A stretch of DNA of 63,965 nt, the filler included, from Octopus bimaculoides (Eukaryota), in NCBI RefSeq assembly GCF_001194135.2. It is 5 parts of 5 records of this genome, joined end to end, with 100 filler letters (N's around TTAATTAATTAA, not from the genome) between each part and the next. Parts side by side here need not be neighbours in the genome. Positions count along the whole stretch, not along the records: positions 21,541 to 40,721 come from NC_068987.1; positions 40,822 to 47,549 come from NW_026324348.1; positions 47,650 to 63,965 come from NC_068989.1; 2 more parts are not named here. One strand, written 5' to 3'. Positions 37,225 to 49,050 of the stretch are shown in pieces. Each line of letters starts with the position of its first letter. The first letter of the stretch is position 1. Position numbers and translations under genes: made by a program. The notes below the pieces were generated by a model. It did not search any database. It had not been told where the DNA came from and worked only from the letters and a program-made list of their open reading frames with translations.

Positions 37225-37495
37225 AAAACATCATCATCGTTTAACGTCCGCTTTCCATGCTAGCATGGGTTGAACGATTTGACCTACGACTGGTGGACCA
37301 GGTGGCTACACCAGACTCCAATCTGATTTGGCAGAGTTTCTACAGCTGGATGCCCTTCCTAACGCCAACCACTCCGAGAGTGTAGTGGGTGCTTTTACAT
37401 GCGACCAGCACAAAGGCCAGTCAGGTGGTACTGGCAACGGCCACGCTCGAAATGGTGTATTTTACGTGCTACTGGCACAAGTACCAGGAAGGCGA
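37225..37495 (-). mobile_element. RTE 3'UTR-only copy
   Basis: CATCATCATCGTTTAACGTCCGCTTTCCATGCTAGC is the reverse complement of the RTE tail. Confidence 0.8.
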
Positions 37496-37711
37496 CACAC
37501 ACACACACACACACACACATATGCATNNNNNNNNNNNNNNNNNNNNNNNNNNNNNNNNNNNNNNNNNNNNNNNNNNNNNNNNNNNNNNNNNNNNNNNNNN
37601 NNNNNNNNNNNNNNNNNNNNNNNNNNNNNNNNNNNNNNNNNNNNNNNNNNNNNNNNNNNNNNNNNNNNNNNNNNNNNNNNNNNNNNNNNNNNNNNNNNNN
37701 NNNNNNNNNNN

Positions 37712-38092
37712 GTAGGATTAGCTGTGTGATAAAAAGTTTGCTTCTCAACCACATGGTTCTGGGTTCAGTCCCACTGCATGGCACCTTGGGCAAGTGTCTT
37801 TTGCTATACCCTTGGGCCAACCAAAGCCTTGTGAATGGATTTGGTAGATGGAAACTGAAAGAAGCCCATCATATGTATATATATGTATGTATTTGTGTGT
37901 CCGTGTTTGTCCCTCCCACCACCATCGCTTGAGAACTAATGTTGGTGTGTTTACATTCTCATAACTTAGTGGTTCGGCAAAAGAGAACGATAGAAAAAGT
38001 ACTAGGCTTACAAAGAAGTCCTGGGGTTGATTTCTTCAACTAAAGGTGGTGCTCCAACATGGCCACAGTCAAATGACTGAAACAAGTAAAAG
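37712..38092 (+). mobile_element. SINE family A
   Basis: Head, short microsatellite and 3' half. Confidence 0.85.
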
Positions 38093-38130
38093 AATATATA
38101 TGCATATATGCATACATATATATGCATATA

Positions 38131-38687
38131 TCAGGTCATCCCATAAGTTCTGTACGATTTTACCTTTTTTTTAAATTGAATGAATTTTAATAGTATTTTA
38201 GAATGTCTAATGGAATTAAATATTATTTTTATGCATGTGTGTACATTTAAACTAATTAAATATTTTACAGAATAAAATAGAATTAAAATTTCTTTGATTA
38301 AAACCCTTTCTAACATGGAAGTATCCAAAGAGCATTTAAGGCATATAATGCTTTATGAGTACAAAAAAGGAAACTCTGCAGCCGAAGCAACTCGAAATAT
38401 ACACTCAGTTTATGGGAAAGAATACTTGAATGAAAGAACTTGCAGAAGATGGTTTGCAAAATTCAAAAGTGGAGATTTCAGCCTTGAAGATGAACATTGA
38501 ACAGGACGTCCAGTTGAGTTTGATGATAAGCTCCTTGAAGCATTACTTGAAGAAAATCCTGCATTATCAGTTGAAGAATTGGCAATAAAGCTTAGTTGAA
38601 ACCATACAACTGTTCATCGTCATCTTCAACAACTTGGAAAGGTTCCTAAACTTGGAAAATGGGTACCTCATGACTTGTCCGAAAGCA
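38131..38687 (+). mobile_element. Mariner transposon 5' part, truncated by an N gap
   Basis: TA|TCAGGTCATCCCATAAGTTCTG TIR; MEVSKEHLRHIMLYEYKKG...WFAKFKSGDFSLED, then GRP..FDD and KLGKWVPHDLSE. Confidence 0.92.
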
Positions 38688-39592
38688 NNNNNNNNNNNNN
38701 NNNNNNNNNNNNNNNNNNNNNNNNNNNNNNNNNNNNNNNNNNNNNNNNNNNNNNNNNNNNNNNNNNNNNNNNNNNNNNNNNNNNNNNNNNNNNNNNNNNN
38801 NNNNNNNNNNNNNNNNNNNNNNNNNNNNNNNNNNNNNNNNNNNNNNNNNNNNNNNNNNNNNNNNNNNNNNNNNNNNNNNNNNNNNNNNNNNNNNNNNNNN
38901 NNNNNNNNNNNNNNNNNNNNNNNNNNNNNNNNNNNNNNNNNNNNNNNNNNNNNNNNNNNNNNNNNNNNNNNNNNNNNNNNNNNNNNNNNNNNNNNNNNNN
39001 NNNNNNNNNNNNNNNNNNNNNNNNNNNNNNNNNNNNNNNNNNNNNNNNNNNNNNNNNNNNNNNNNNNNNNNNNNNNNNNNNNNNNNNNNNNNNNNNNNNN
39101 NNNNNNNNNNNNNNNNNNNNNNNNNNNNNNNNNNNNNNNNNNNNNNNNNNNNNNNNNNNNNNNNNNNNNNNNNNNNNNNNNNNNNNNNNNNNNNNNNNNN
39201 NNNNNNNNNNNNNNNNNNNNNNNNNNNNNNNNNNNNNNNNNNNNNNNNNNNNNNNNNNNNNNNNNNNNNNNNNNNNNNNNNNNNNNNNNNNNNNNNNNNN
39301 NNNNNNNNNNNNNNNNNNNNNNNNNNNNNNNNNNNNNNNNNNNNNNNNNNNNNNNNNNNNNNNNNNNNNNNNNNNNNNNNNNNNNNNNNNNNNNNNNNNN
39401 NNNNNNNNNNNNNNNNNNNNNNNNNNNNNNNNNNNNNNNNNNNNNNNNNNNNNNNNNNNNNNNNNNNNNNNNNNNNNNNNNNNNNNNNNNNNNNNNNNNN
39501 NNNNNNNNNNNNNNNNNNNNNNNNNNNNNNNNNNNNNNNNNNNNNNNNNNNNNNNNNNNNNNNNNNNNNNNNNNNNTATATATATATATATA

Positions 39593-40030
39593 TGGTGTTA
39601 GGAAGGGCATCCAGCTGTAGAAACTTTGCCAGATCAGATTGGAGTCTGGTGTAGCCATCTGGTTCACCAGTCCCCAGTCAAATCGTCCAACCCATGCTAG
39701 CATGGAAAGTGGATATTAAATGATGATGATGATGATGATGATGATATATATATATCAAGGGCTGAACAGAAAAACACAACAGGGAGAAAAAGTGGTTGGT
39801 GTTTGGACAGGCATCCAGTTGTAAAAACCTTGCCAAAACTGATCTCGCCAGTGCTTGTACCACATAAAAAGCACTAAGTCCACTCTGCTGGGTGGTTGGT
39901 GTTAGGAAGGGCATCAAGCTGTAAAATTCCTGGCAAAACAGTCACAAGTCTAGTGCAGGCTTCTGCCTGGCCAGCTCCTGTCAAATCATCCCACCCATGC
40001 CAGCATGGACGGTGGACGTTAAACAATGAT
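39593..40030 (+). mobile_element. Two adjacent RTE 3'UTR fragments
   Basis: GTTAGGAAGGGCATCCAGCTGTA...GCATGGA..G.GGA.GTTAAA.GATGAT occurs twice. Confidence 0.75.
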
Positions 40031-40094
40031 AATGTTAATGACATTCTTTATTGATGAAGAAAAATATGTAAGTATGCACATGTACGTATGTATA

Positions 40095-40721
40095 CCCGCA
40101 CAAGAGCCAGTCCAGGGGCACTGGCAATGATCTCGCTCGAAAAGTCTCCGAAGGCCAGTCAGGCGGTACTGGCAACGGCCACGCTCAAACTGGTGTATTT
40201 TATGTGCCACCCGCACAAGAGCCAGTCCAGGGGCACTGGCAATGATCTCGCTCGAAAATCCTACGAAGGCCAGTCAGGCGGTACTGGCAACGGCCACGCT
40301 CAAACTGGTGTATTTTATGTGCCACCCGCACAAGAGCCAGTCTCGCAACGATCTCGCTCGAAAATCCTTACACATGTCACGGGCACAAGTGCCAGAAAGG
40401 CGACGCAGGGCACAGGTGCTATCCCGATTTCGCTTTCACTTGCCTCAGTAAGTCTTCGCAAGCTGAGTTTCGTGTCCAATGAAGGACACAAACGTTGGCA
40501 TGGGTGCCAGTCGTCGATTTTAGTTCGATTTCACATGCCTCAACAAGTCTTCGCAAGCGGAGTTTAGTGTCCAATGTAGGAAAGGTACGCATAAGTGGGC
40601 TGGCTACACCCCTGGCAGAGGCCTTGGATTTAGGTCTCACTTGGCTTGCCGGGTCTTCTCACGCACAGTACATTTCCAAAGGTCTCGGTCAGAAGTCATT
40701 GCCTCGGTGAGGGCAATGTTC
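40095..40721 (-). mobile_element. RTE C-terminus and 3'UTR containing a 115-bp tandem module
   Basis: LTEAMTSDRDLWKCTVREKTRQAK*; unit CCCGCACAAGAGCCAG restarts at 40095, 40210 and 40325. Confidence 0.88.
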
Positions 40722-40821
40722 NNNNNNNNNNNNNNNNNNNNNNNNNNNNNNNNNNNNNNNNNNNNTTAATTAATTAANNNNNNNNNNNNNNNNNNNNNNN
40801 NNNNNNNNNNNNNNNNNNNNN
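40722..40821. other. Artificial scaffold join (TTAATTAATTAA at 40766-40777)
   Basis: Same 44N-12-44N layout. Confidence 0.95.
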
Positions 40822-40834
40822 TATACATATATAC

Positions 40835-40992
40835 GACAGGCTTCTTTCAGTTTCCGTCTACCAAATCCACCCACAAGGCTCTGGTTGGCCCGAGGCTATA
40901 GTAGAAGACACTTGCCCAAGATGCCACGCAGTGGGACTGAACCCGGAACCATGTGGTTGGTAAGCAAGCTACTTACCACACAGCCACTCCTG
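40835..40992 (-). mobile_element. SINE family A, 5' half, little diverged
   Basis: Reverse complement of GGAGTGGCTGTGTGGTAAGTAGCTTGC...GGTTCAGTCCCAC...GAAAGAAGCC. Confidence 0.9.
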
Positions 40993-41466
40993 CAAACGTG
41001 CAAGATACCAGGTGGTTATGAGATGTGCTAGAAACAACAGCTAAATCTCTCTTAAATCACAGATATTTTCGTCTGAAAATATTACATTTTTTTTAACATT
41101 TTTTTTTTTTTTTACTAAAAAGATTTCGGAATGCATCCAAGATACACTTATGTCTGAATAAAAGACAAGACGGCCCAGAGTCAGAATATCCTTGATCATA
41201 GGTCAGCTGGATCAGGACCGACCTGGGGCTAAACAACAAGGAGCAATCTTTCGACATTAGTAGACGGCATCATTCACCCACACAGCCTTCCTTCATGACA
41301 GATAAAGAGGCTAGACTGACAATCGAGGTGAACGACACTAAGTCCCCTCACACCGACACTCTGTAGATCAATACCGAAGGAAAAACAAGAATGACAAGAA
41401 CAATACGGTAGGACACATTTGATCAAGTCCTAGATACGCTATGCCAGAATAAAAACATATCCTTAC

Positions 41467-41539
41467 CTACAGCCTTCATGTACTCATCGAAGTTCTCGCT
41501 GCTTATAATTTGCCATTTTGCGCACAATTTTGAAGCCAT
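41467..41539 (-). CDS. FABP: First coding exon of a fatty acid-binding protein (FABP/iLBP family): MASKLCAKWQIISSENFDEYMKAV-G
   Basis: KW..ISSENFDEYMKAVG is the iLBP N-terminal signature; the exon is 73 nt and ends in phase 1 inside Gly with a GTAAGG donor, the conserved FABP intron-1 position. Symbol is family-level only. Confidence 0.92.
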
Positions 41540-41809
41540 CTTCGTTAGTTTAGTGTTAATTTAAGGGTAATTCCCGATTAAAAAGTTTCGTTTTTCTCTG
41601 GGTCGTCTTCTTTAACCTTCCGATCGGTATACTCGCAAGTCTCTCTCTCTCTCTTTTGTTTGTTTCTTGTCCTTCTACACGTGACACTCCTGCCTCAGCT
41701 CTGTAATAAGAAGCTCCACTCGTTTAATGCACTGCTTCGGCTGTGTATTGAACCTGTGAGGTTTAAAGCGTTTGTTGCTGTTGGTAACTTTCAGGGAGGG
41801 CGGAGAATG

Positions 41810-41849
41810 AATGAATGAAGAACGGCGTTGTGGTTGGTCGGTTTTTATA
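41810..41849 (-). promoter_or_regulatory. TATA box and Inr of the FABP gene
   Basis: TATAAAAA at 41849-41842 and TCATTC Inr-like repeats with +1 near 41816; no ATG between there and the start codon at 41539. Confidence 0.7.
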
Positions 41850-42419
41850 GAGGACAGGGTAGGGTAGCGGAGACGGCGAGAGAGAAAGAGAGAGAGACAG
41901 ACAGATAGACACAAGAAGACGGAGAGACATACAGAGAGAGAGAGACATATATAGAAAGAGGGAGGGAAGGAGTGGAGAAGTGTGCGTTCACGCGTGTGTG
42001 TGTGTGCCTGTATGTATGTATGTGCGTGTCTGAGCGCATCTGTTGCTTTGTGTGTTTGCGTCTATATGTATTGTCATGTGTGTGCGTGTGTCGTGTGTCT
42101 GTGCTTGAAATAGCTTCCGGCTGTCTGCGTGACAGTGTAAACGCGTGTATATGTTCTGTTTATATGTGTGTGTGTATATATATGGATGTGTGGTGAACTT
42201 GCGTCCGCCTGTTTGTGTATTTAAAAANNNNNNNNNNTATATATATATATATATATATATATGCATGCACACGTACACATATATACGTTTGTGTGTATAT
42301 ATGTGATTGAGAGACTTTATATAGACATGTGTGGGTGTTTATGGGTTAATAGGTTGGTATGTGTGTGTGTGTGTGCGTAAATGTGTATATCTTTCTTATC
42401 GTTTTTCTTTTTTCGTCAC

Positions 42420-42672
42420 TTGTTTTAGAGATCAGACTGCGGCCATGCTAGAGCACCACCTTCAGGAAGTTTTATTCAAATAAAGTACTTATTTTGTTTC
42501 TTAATCTAAGTTATGGCAGCAAAAAACACGCCAACACCAGTTGCCAAACCGTGGTGGGGGATAAACACATAGAAACACACATACATTTACATGCGTGTAC
42601 ACACACACACATATATATATATATGACGGGCTTCTTTCAGTTTCCGTCTACTAAATCCACTCACAAGAATTT
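42420..42672 (-). mobile_element. SINE family A, internally deleted
   Basis: 3' part, microsatellite and part of the head are recognisable. Confidence 0.7.
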
Positions 42673-43714
42673 GGTCGGCTAAACGGGTGGAAGTCTTTCC
42701 AAGGCTAGGCAAGAGTTCTGCCCGTCCCCCCACAAAAACCATCCTTTTAAAAATAAATTTTTTTTTTTTTTTCAAAATATGCGGAAAAATACGGACAAAA
42801 ATTTCAAAACATTTCTGTACGTNNNNNNNNNNNNNNNNNNNNNNNNNNNNNNNNNNNNNNNNNNNNNNNNNNNNNNNNNNNNNNNNNNNNNNNNNNNNNN
42901 NNNNNNNNNNNNNNNNNNNNNNNNNNNNNNNNNNNNNNNNNNNNNNNNNNNNNNNNNNNNNNNNNNNNNNNNNNNNNNNNNNNNNNNNNNNNNNNNNNNN
43001 NNNNNNNNNNNNNNNNNNNNNNNNNNNNNNNNNNNNNNNNNNNNNNNNNNNNNNNNNNNNNNNNNNNNNNNNNNNNNNNNNNNNNNNNNNNNNNNNNNNN
43101 NNNNNNNNNNNNNNNNNNNNNNNNNNNNNNNNNNNNNNNNNNNNNNNNNNNNNNNNNNNNNNNNNNNNNNNNNNNNNNNNNNNNNNNNNNNNNNNNNNNN
43201 NNNNNNNNNNNNNNNNNNNNNNNNNNNNNNNNNNNNNNNNNNNNNNNNNNNNNNNNNNNNNNNNNNNNNNNNNNNNNNNNNNNNNNNNNNNNNNNNNNNN
43301 NNNNNNNNNNNNNNNNNNNNNNNNNNNNNNNNNNNNNNNNNNNNNNNNNNNNNNNNNNNNNNNNNNNNNNNNNNNNNNNNNNNNNNNNNNNNNNNNNNNN
43401 NNNNNNNNNNNNNNNNNNNNNNNNNNNNNNNNNNNNNNNNNNNNNNNNNNNNNNNNNNNNNNNNNNNNNNNNNNNNNNNNNNNNNNNNNNNNNNNNNNNN
43501 NNNNNNNNNNNNNNNNNNNNNNNNNNNNNNNNNNNNNNNNNNNNNNNNNNNNNNNNNNNNNNNNNNNNNNNNNNNNNNNNNNNNNNNNNNNNNNNNNNNN
43601 NNNNNNNNNNNNNNNNNNNNNNNNNNNNNNNNNNNNNNNNNNNNNNNNNNNNNNNNNNNNNNNNNNNNNNNNNNNNNNNNNNNNNNNNNNNNNNNNNNNN
43701 NNNNNNNNNNNNNN

Positions 43715-43758
<44 letters not shown>

Positions 43759-44264
43759 TTTTTTCTGGGTATATCTATTACAAACCATTGGTACAATCAT
43801 TCCTCTATACTGCAACACAAACGCTCGCACTACAACAGAATAAATACCACTACATCACCACCATCATCAACACTACAACATCACAATACCACCACCATGA
43901 CCACCACTGCCACCACAGCAGCAACACTACCACCTCTACTGCAGCAAGCTAGCCACTACCACAAATCACAGCGACCACCACGATATCACCACACCACCCA
44001 CGACCATCACCACTACTACTAATACTACTACTACTACCACAATAACAATAATGCCACTATCTATTGAGATGGTGTGTGTATATACGTATGTGTATGCGTA
44101 TATAGGAAGGAGTGTATATAATAGAAGTGTGGGTGTGAGAGCATTGAAGAACATAAGTATGTCCGTCTTTGATAGGATTGTGTGTGTGTATATATATATC
44201 ACTAATTAAAAGTGTGTATGTATATATATACAAATATATATATATGTATGCATGCATGTATGTA

Positions 44265-44311
<47 letters not shown>

Positions 44312-45059
44312 NNNNNNNNNNNNNNNNNNNNNNNNNNNNNNNNNNNNNNNNNNNNNNNNNNNNNNNNNNNNNNNNNNNNNNNNNNNNNNNNNNNNNNNNN
44401 NNNNNNNNNNNNNNNNNNNNNNNNNNNNNNNNNNNNNNNNNNNNNNNNNNNNNNNNNNNNNNNNNNNNNNNNNNNNNNNNNNNNNNNNNNNNNNNNNNNN
44501 NNNNNNNNNNNNNNNNNNNNNNNNNNNNNNNNNNNNNNNNNNNNNNNNNNNNNNNNNNNNNNNNNNNNNNNNNNNNNNNNNNNNNNNNNNNNNNNNNNNN
44601 NNNNNNNNNNNNNNNNNNNNNNNNNNNNNNNNNNNNNNNNNNNNNNNNNNNNNNNNNNNNNNNNNNNNNNNNNNNNNNNNNNNNNNNNNNNNNNNNNNNN
44701 NNNNNNNNNNNNNNNNNNNNNNNNNNNNNNNNNNNNNNNNNNNNNNNNNNNNNNNNNNNNNNNNNNNNNNNNNNNNNNNNNNNNNNNNNNNNNNNNNNNN
44801 NNNNNNNNNNNNNNNNNNNNNNNNNNNNNNNNNNNNNNNNNNNNNNNNNNNNNNNNNNNNNNNNNNNNNNNNNNNNNNNNNNNNNNNNNNNNNNNNNNNN
44901 NNNNNNNNNNNNNNNNNNNNNNNNNNNNNNNNNNNNNNNNNNNNNNNNNNNNNNNNNNNNNNNNNNNNNNNNNNNNNNNNNNNNNNNNNNNNNNNNNNNN
45001 NNTATATATAGCAAAGTAAAGTTGTAAGGTACTGCACGAGTGGAAATATATATGAAAGA

Positions 45060-45355
45060 AGGTTTGAAAATGCAATTTTAAAGTACTTATTCTATCAGTC
45101 TCTTTTTGCCAAACCACTAAGTTACAGGGACATAAACACACCAACGTTGGTTTTCAAACAATGGAGGTGGGGTGAAACTACACAGACACATGCACGTATA
45201 TATGCACAATAGGTTTCTTTCAGACCAAATTCACTCACAAGGCTTTGGTCAGCCCCTGTCTATAGTAGAAGACACTTACCCAAGGTACCATGCAGTGGGA
45301 CTGAACCTAGAACCATGTAGTTGGGAGACAAGCTTCTTACCACACAGCCACACCT
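45060..45355 (-). mobile_element. SINE family A
   Basis: Recognisable head (CACTTACCCAAGGTACC...GGACTGAACC) and 3' part. Confidence 0.75.
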
Positions 45356-45489
45356 ATTCATCAATTTGTTTTATGCAAGATTCCTGATGTAAAAATCATG
45401 TGTTGAAACAGATGTTTTTATTATATTTGGGTAGGGTCACCTTTTGTCAATTAAACACACACACACACTACATACTTGGTCTTCACTTC

Positions 45490-45790
45490 AGCTTTATCAC
45501 TGTTATCATTTTAGTGCCCTTTGTCACAGCTCTTTCGTCACACATCCAAGCCACTGACCATGTAGACACAGCCAGTTCCAGCGACGATGCCAAACAACAC
45601 GCTACCACGGCAGCTACGTTGAGGCTCCCCAACTTCATACAACAGCATTTCGCATCTCCATCTCCGTCGTTGCCATCATCCTATCATCAACGTCTCCACG
45701 TACACAGCTCAGCAAGCAATCCACCCGGGTTCCAACGCTTCACTGTTCACGAATTACTTCAACCATGGATCAACAGCGAATATACAACCT
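45490..45790 (+). mobile_element. Possible Gypsy LTR-retrotransposon gag remnant
   Basis: AKQHATTAATLRLPNF resembles the A..LKLP.F gag start of Gypsy elements; heavily deleted. Confidence 0.35.
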
Positions 45791-46533
45791 TGCGTGAAAA
45801 AGTGCCACACCCTAACAGTTGAGGGAACCCGTGGAAGAGGTAGGCCCAGGAAGACCTGGGCTGAGGTGGTGAGGCAAGACCTTCGTACATTGGGCCTCAC
45901 CGAGGCGATGACTACTGACCAAGACCTTTGGAAATGTGCTGTGCGTGAGAAGACCCGGCAAGCCAAGTAAGATCGTTGCCAGTGCCCCTGGACTGGCTCT
46001 TGTGCGGGTGGCACATGAGATGCACCATTTTGAGCGTGGCCGTTGCCAGTACCGCCTGACTGGCTCCCGTAGGATTTTCGAGTGAGATCGTTGCCAGTGA
46101 CCCTGGACTGGCTTGTGCGGGNNNNNNNNNNNNNNNNNNNNNNNNNNNNNNNNNNNNNNNNNNNNNNNNNNNNNNNNNNNNNNNNNNNNNNNNNNNNNNN
46201 NNNNNNNNNNNNNNNNNNNNNNNNNNNNNNNNNNNNNNNNNNNNNNNNNNNNNNNNNNNNNNNNNNNNNNNNNNNNNNNNNNNNNNNNNNNNNNNNNNNN
46301 NNNNNNNNNNNNNNNNNNNNNNNNNNNNNNNNNNNNNNNNNNNNNNNNNNNNNNNNNNNNNNNNNNNNNNNNNNNNNNNNNNNNNNNNNNNNNNNNNNNN
46401 NNNNNNNNNNNNNNNNNNNNNNNNNNNNNNNNNNNNNNNNNNNNNNNNATTGGAGCCTGGTGTTGCCATCCGGTTTCACCAGTGCTCAGTCGAATCGTCC
46501 AACCCATGCTAGCATGGAAAGCGGACATTAAAC

Positions 46534-46573
<40 letters not shown>
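45790..46573 (+). mobile_element. RTE C-terminus, modular 3'UTR and long (GAT)n tail spanning a gap
   Basis: TVEGTRGRGRPRKTWAEVVRQDLRTLGLTEAMTTDQDLWKCAVREKTRQAK*. Confidence 0.9.
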
Positions 46574-46575
<2 letters not shown>

Positions 46576-47549
46576 ACTCCTGTACCATGTGACCAAGCCC
46601 AGCATCACAGCCACGACCTCACATACAACACGGACCTGTTACTGGCCCAGCAGCACAGCCATCACTTCTTGATACAGTAGTTCAACTACTGTGTACTAAT
46701 GACTACAAACTGGTATTATTTACTTTACTTGTGACTATGAACTTCTCACTCCGATGGCTATAGACTCCCTCTCTGTCTTCTTCTTCATTGCTATTCTTAT
46801 ATGTTCTTAACACACACACATACAGCTATGCTTACACACACACACATACATTTGTTCTCGTGACAGCCTGTCTATTATTCTGTATACATGACTCACACAC
46901 ACATTGTCATATCAATAAAACTTCTCTGAATCATACTACACGGTTTTGTCTCTCCTTTTTCTCTCTGGCCCTCATATGTACTATTCAATTATATATTTAT
47001 TGTATTGACCGTGTAATGTCCTAAAGAGCCGTTCTCATCACCTCGCATCGCACAGCCCTTACAAACTCTTCAGCAACTCCCTATCCTAAGTGTCAAGCAG
47101 AACAAGAGGGCACGGAGTCACTGAAGAGATCTCAGAATGTGTGACCAAAGAATTCAGACAAAGGATTCTATAATAAAAATGACAATAAAGCTTGTGTTTC
47201 ATTGGCAAAATATGACCGTCCTCAAGTATAACAACATACACATGCACACACGTTATGTTGAGTCAAAGTTTCTCAATGTTTCGGTAATAAATTTGCTTTA
47301 TTTGTCAAGTAACAACAAAAGCGGCCCAGCATTCACAGAGGCCATCATGTTGCACCATATCTGAAGCCGCCTTTTTCCCGATTTCTTTGGTTCCATACTC
47401 GTACCAATTTTTGTCCCAACCTGGCTGGCTCCTGTCAACCATCCTACCCATGCATACATGGAAGATCGACATTAAACGGTGATGACGATGATGATATATA
47501 TATGTATATAGATATAGATACACATACATATATATATATATATATACAT

Positions 47550-47649
47550 NNNNNNNNNNNNNNNNNNNNNNNNNNNNNNNNNNNNNNNNNNNNTTAATTA
47601 ATTAANNNNNNNNNNNNNNNNNNNNNNNNNNNNNNNNNNNNNNNNNNNN
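47550..47649. other. Artificial scaffold join (TTAATTAATTAA at 47594-47605)
   Basis: Same 44N-12-44N layout. Confidence 0.95.
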
Positions 47650-47686
<37 letters not shown>

Positions 47687-48431
47687 TATATGTGTGTATG
47701 TATGTATGTATGTATGTATATGATTGTGTGTCTGTGTTTGTCCCCCAACACAGTAGAACATAAAAACGTTTGATGTAATTTATAGTATATTATGGTCGCA
47801 TGGCGAAATACCACGAACCTACAAATCATTAACAGTTAACTGTAATTCTTTGCACTTTTTTGTATTAATTTTTTGGTAAATTGAATGGGGTTAATGTAGA
47901 AACCGCACGCAATAAAATATTTATGTTTTAAAATCTCCTCTCTGATTTGATGTGAAGTCATATCCTTTGGGGATCATAAGAATATTAACAATAATCTTGT
48001 TCGTTTATCGGAACATCTTAATGATGTGACTATCAAGGGAGATCATTTAGTTTATGATGAAGTTGACCCAATTTCCATTTACAATTTATCATTGCCATTC
48101 CGCTTGAGTATTATGAATTTCATGATTTACATAATTTCAAATTTTGGCACGAGGCCAGCAATTTTGGCAGAGGGGTTAACTCGGTTACATTAACCTAGTA
48201 CTCAATTTGTACTCATTTTACTGAGCCCGAAAGAGTCTCGACGAAATGCCGCTAAGCATTTTACCCTGTGTGCCAACATTTCCACCACCACACCGCCGTA
48301 TTGCTTTACATCATATTAAAATTAGCAGTTATTTATATCTATAAATAAATTACTAAGACACGCTTTGAACTATAGGTGTGTGTAATACACTGAATAATTG
48401 AGTAAAGAATCTAATCAATATATTCTATGCG

Positions 48432-48650
48432 GGAGGCGGCGAGCCGGCAGAATCGTTAGCACGCCGGACGAAATGCATAACGGTATTTCGTCAGACTTTA
48501 CGTTCTGAGTTCAAATTCCGCTGGGTTCGACTTTGCCTTTCATCCTTTCGCAGTCGATAAATTAAGTACCAGTTGCGTACTGGAGTCGATCTAATCGACT
48601 GGATCCCTCCCCGCCCCCCACCCCAAAAAAAATTTCTGGCCTAGTACCTA
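48432..48650 (+). mobile_element. SINE family C
   Basis: GGCGGCGAGC.GGCAGAA.CGTTAGCACGCC...GAGTTCAAATTCC...CCTTTCATCCTTTCG...GATAAATTAAGTACCAG; further copies near 50850, 51115, 51800, 54560 and 54865. Confidence 0.88.
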
Positions 48651-49050
48651 CAGTGGAAAAGAATATATATATATATATGAAATGTCTAGTTAGAATAGAG
48701 GCAGCTAACGAAGGATTAATTCCAAGTGGCAATCTGTTTTCCTATGTGTTCGTTCCGTTGTCTGTAGTTCATTTTTCTAACGTCCTGTACCCTGATATGC
48801 ATCTATATACACATGTAGATGTAAGTATGTACATATATGTGGGTATACACGCATACATATTCTTTGTATTATAGATAGATAGACATATATATATATAGAT
48901 AAATACATACATACATATATAGATAAATAGATACATAGATACATACATACAGACAGACACATACATACATCCATCCATCCATACATACATGATGGTTGCC
49001 AACTCGATTTCGAGTAGAGCCATTGCCTGATTTCTTTATGCCCTAGAATA

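Noticed and set aside
41290-41365. Strong acceptor about 100 bp into FABP intron 1 followed by GVG-like codons
   Set aside because: The phase-compatible frame stops after 7 codons; the GVG frame is not preceded by AG and is not FABP-like.
42680-42822. Possible minus-strand Helitron end
   Set aside because: No clean hairpin-CTAG spacing, and truncated by a gap.
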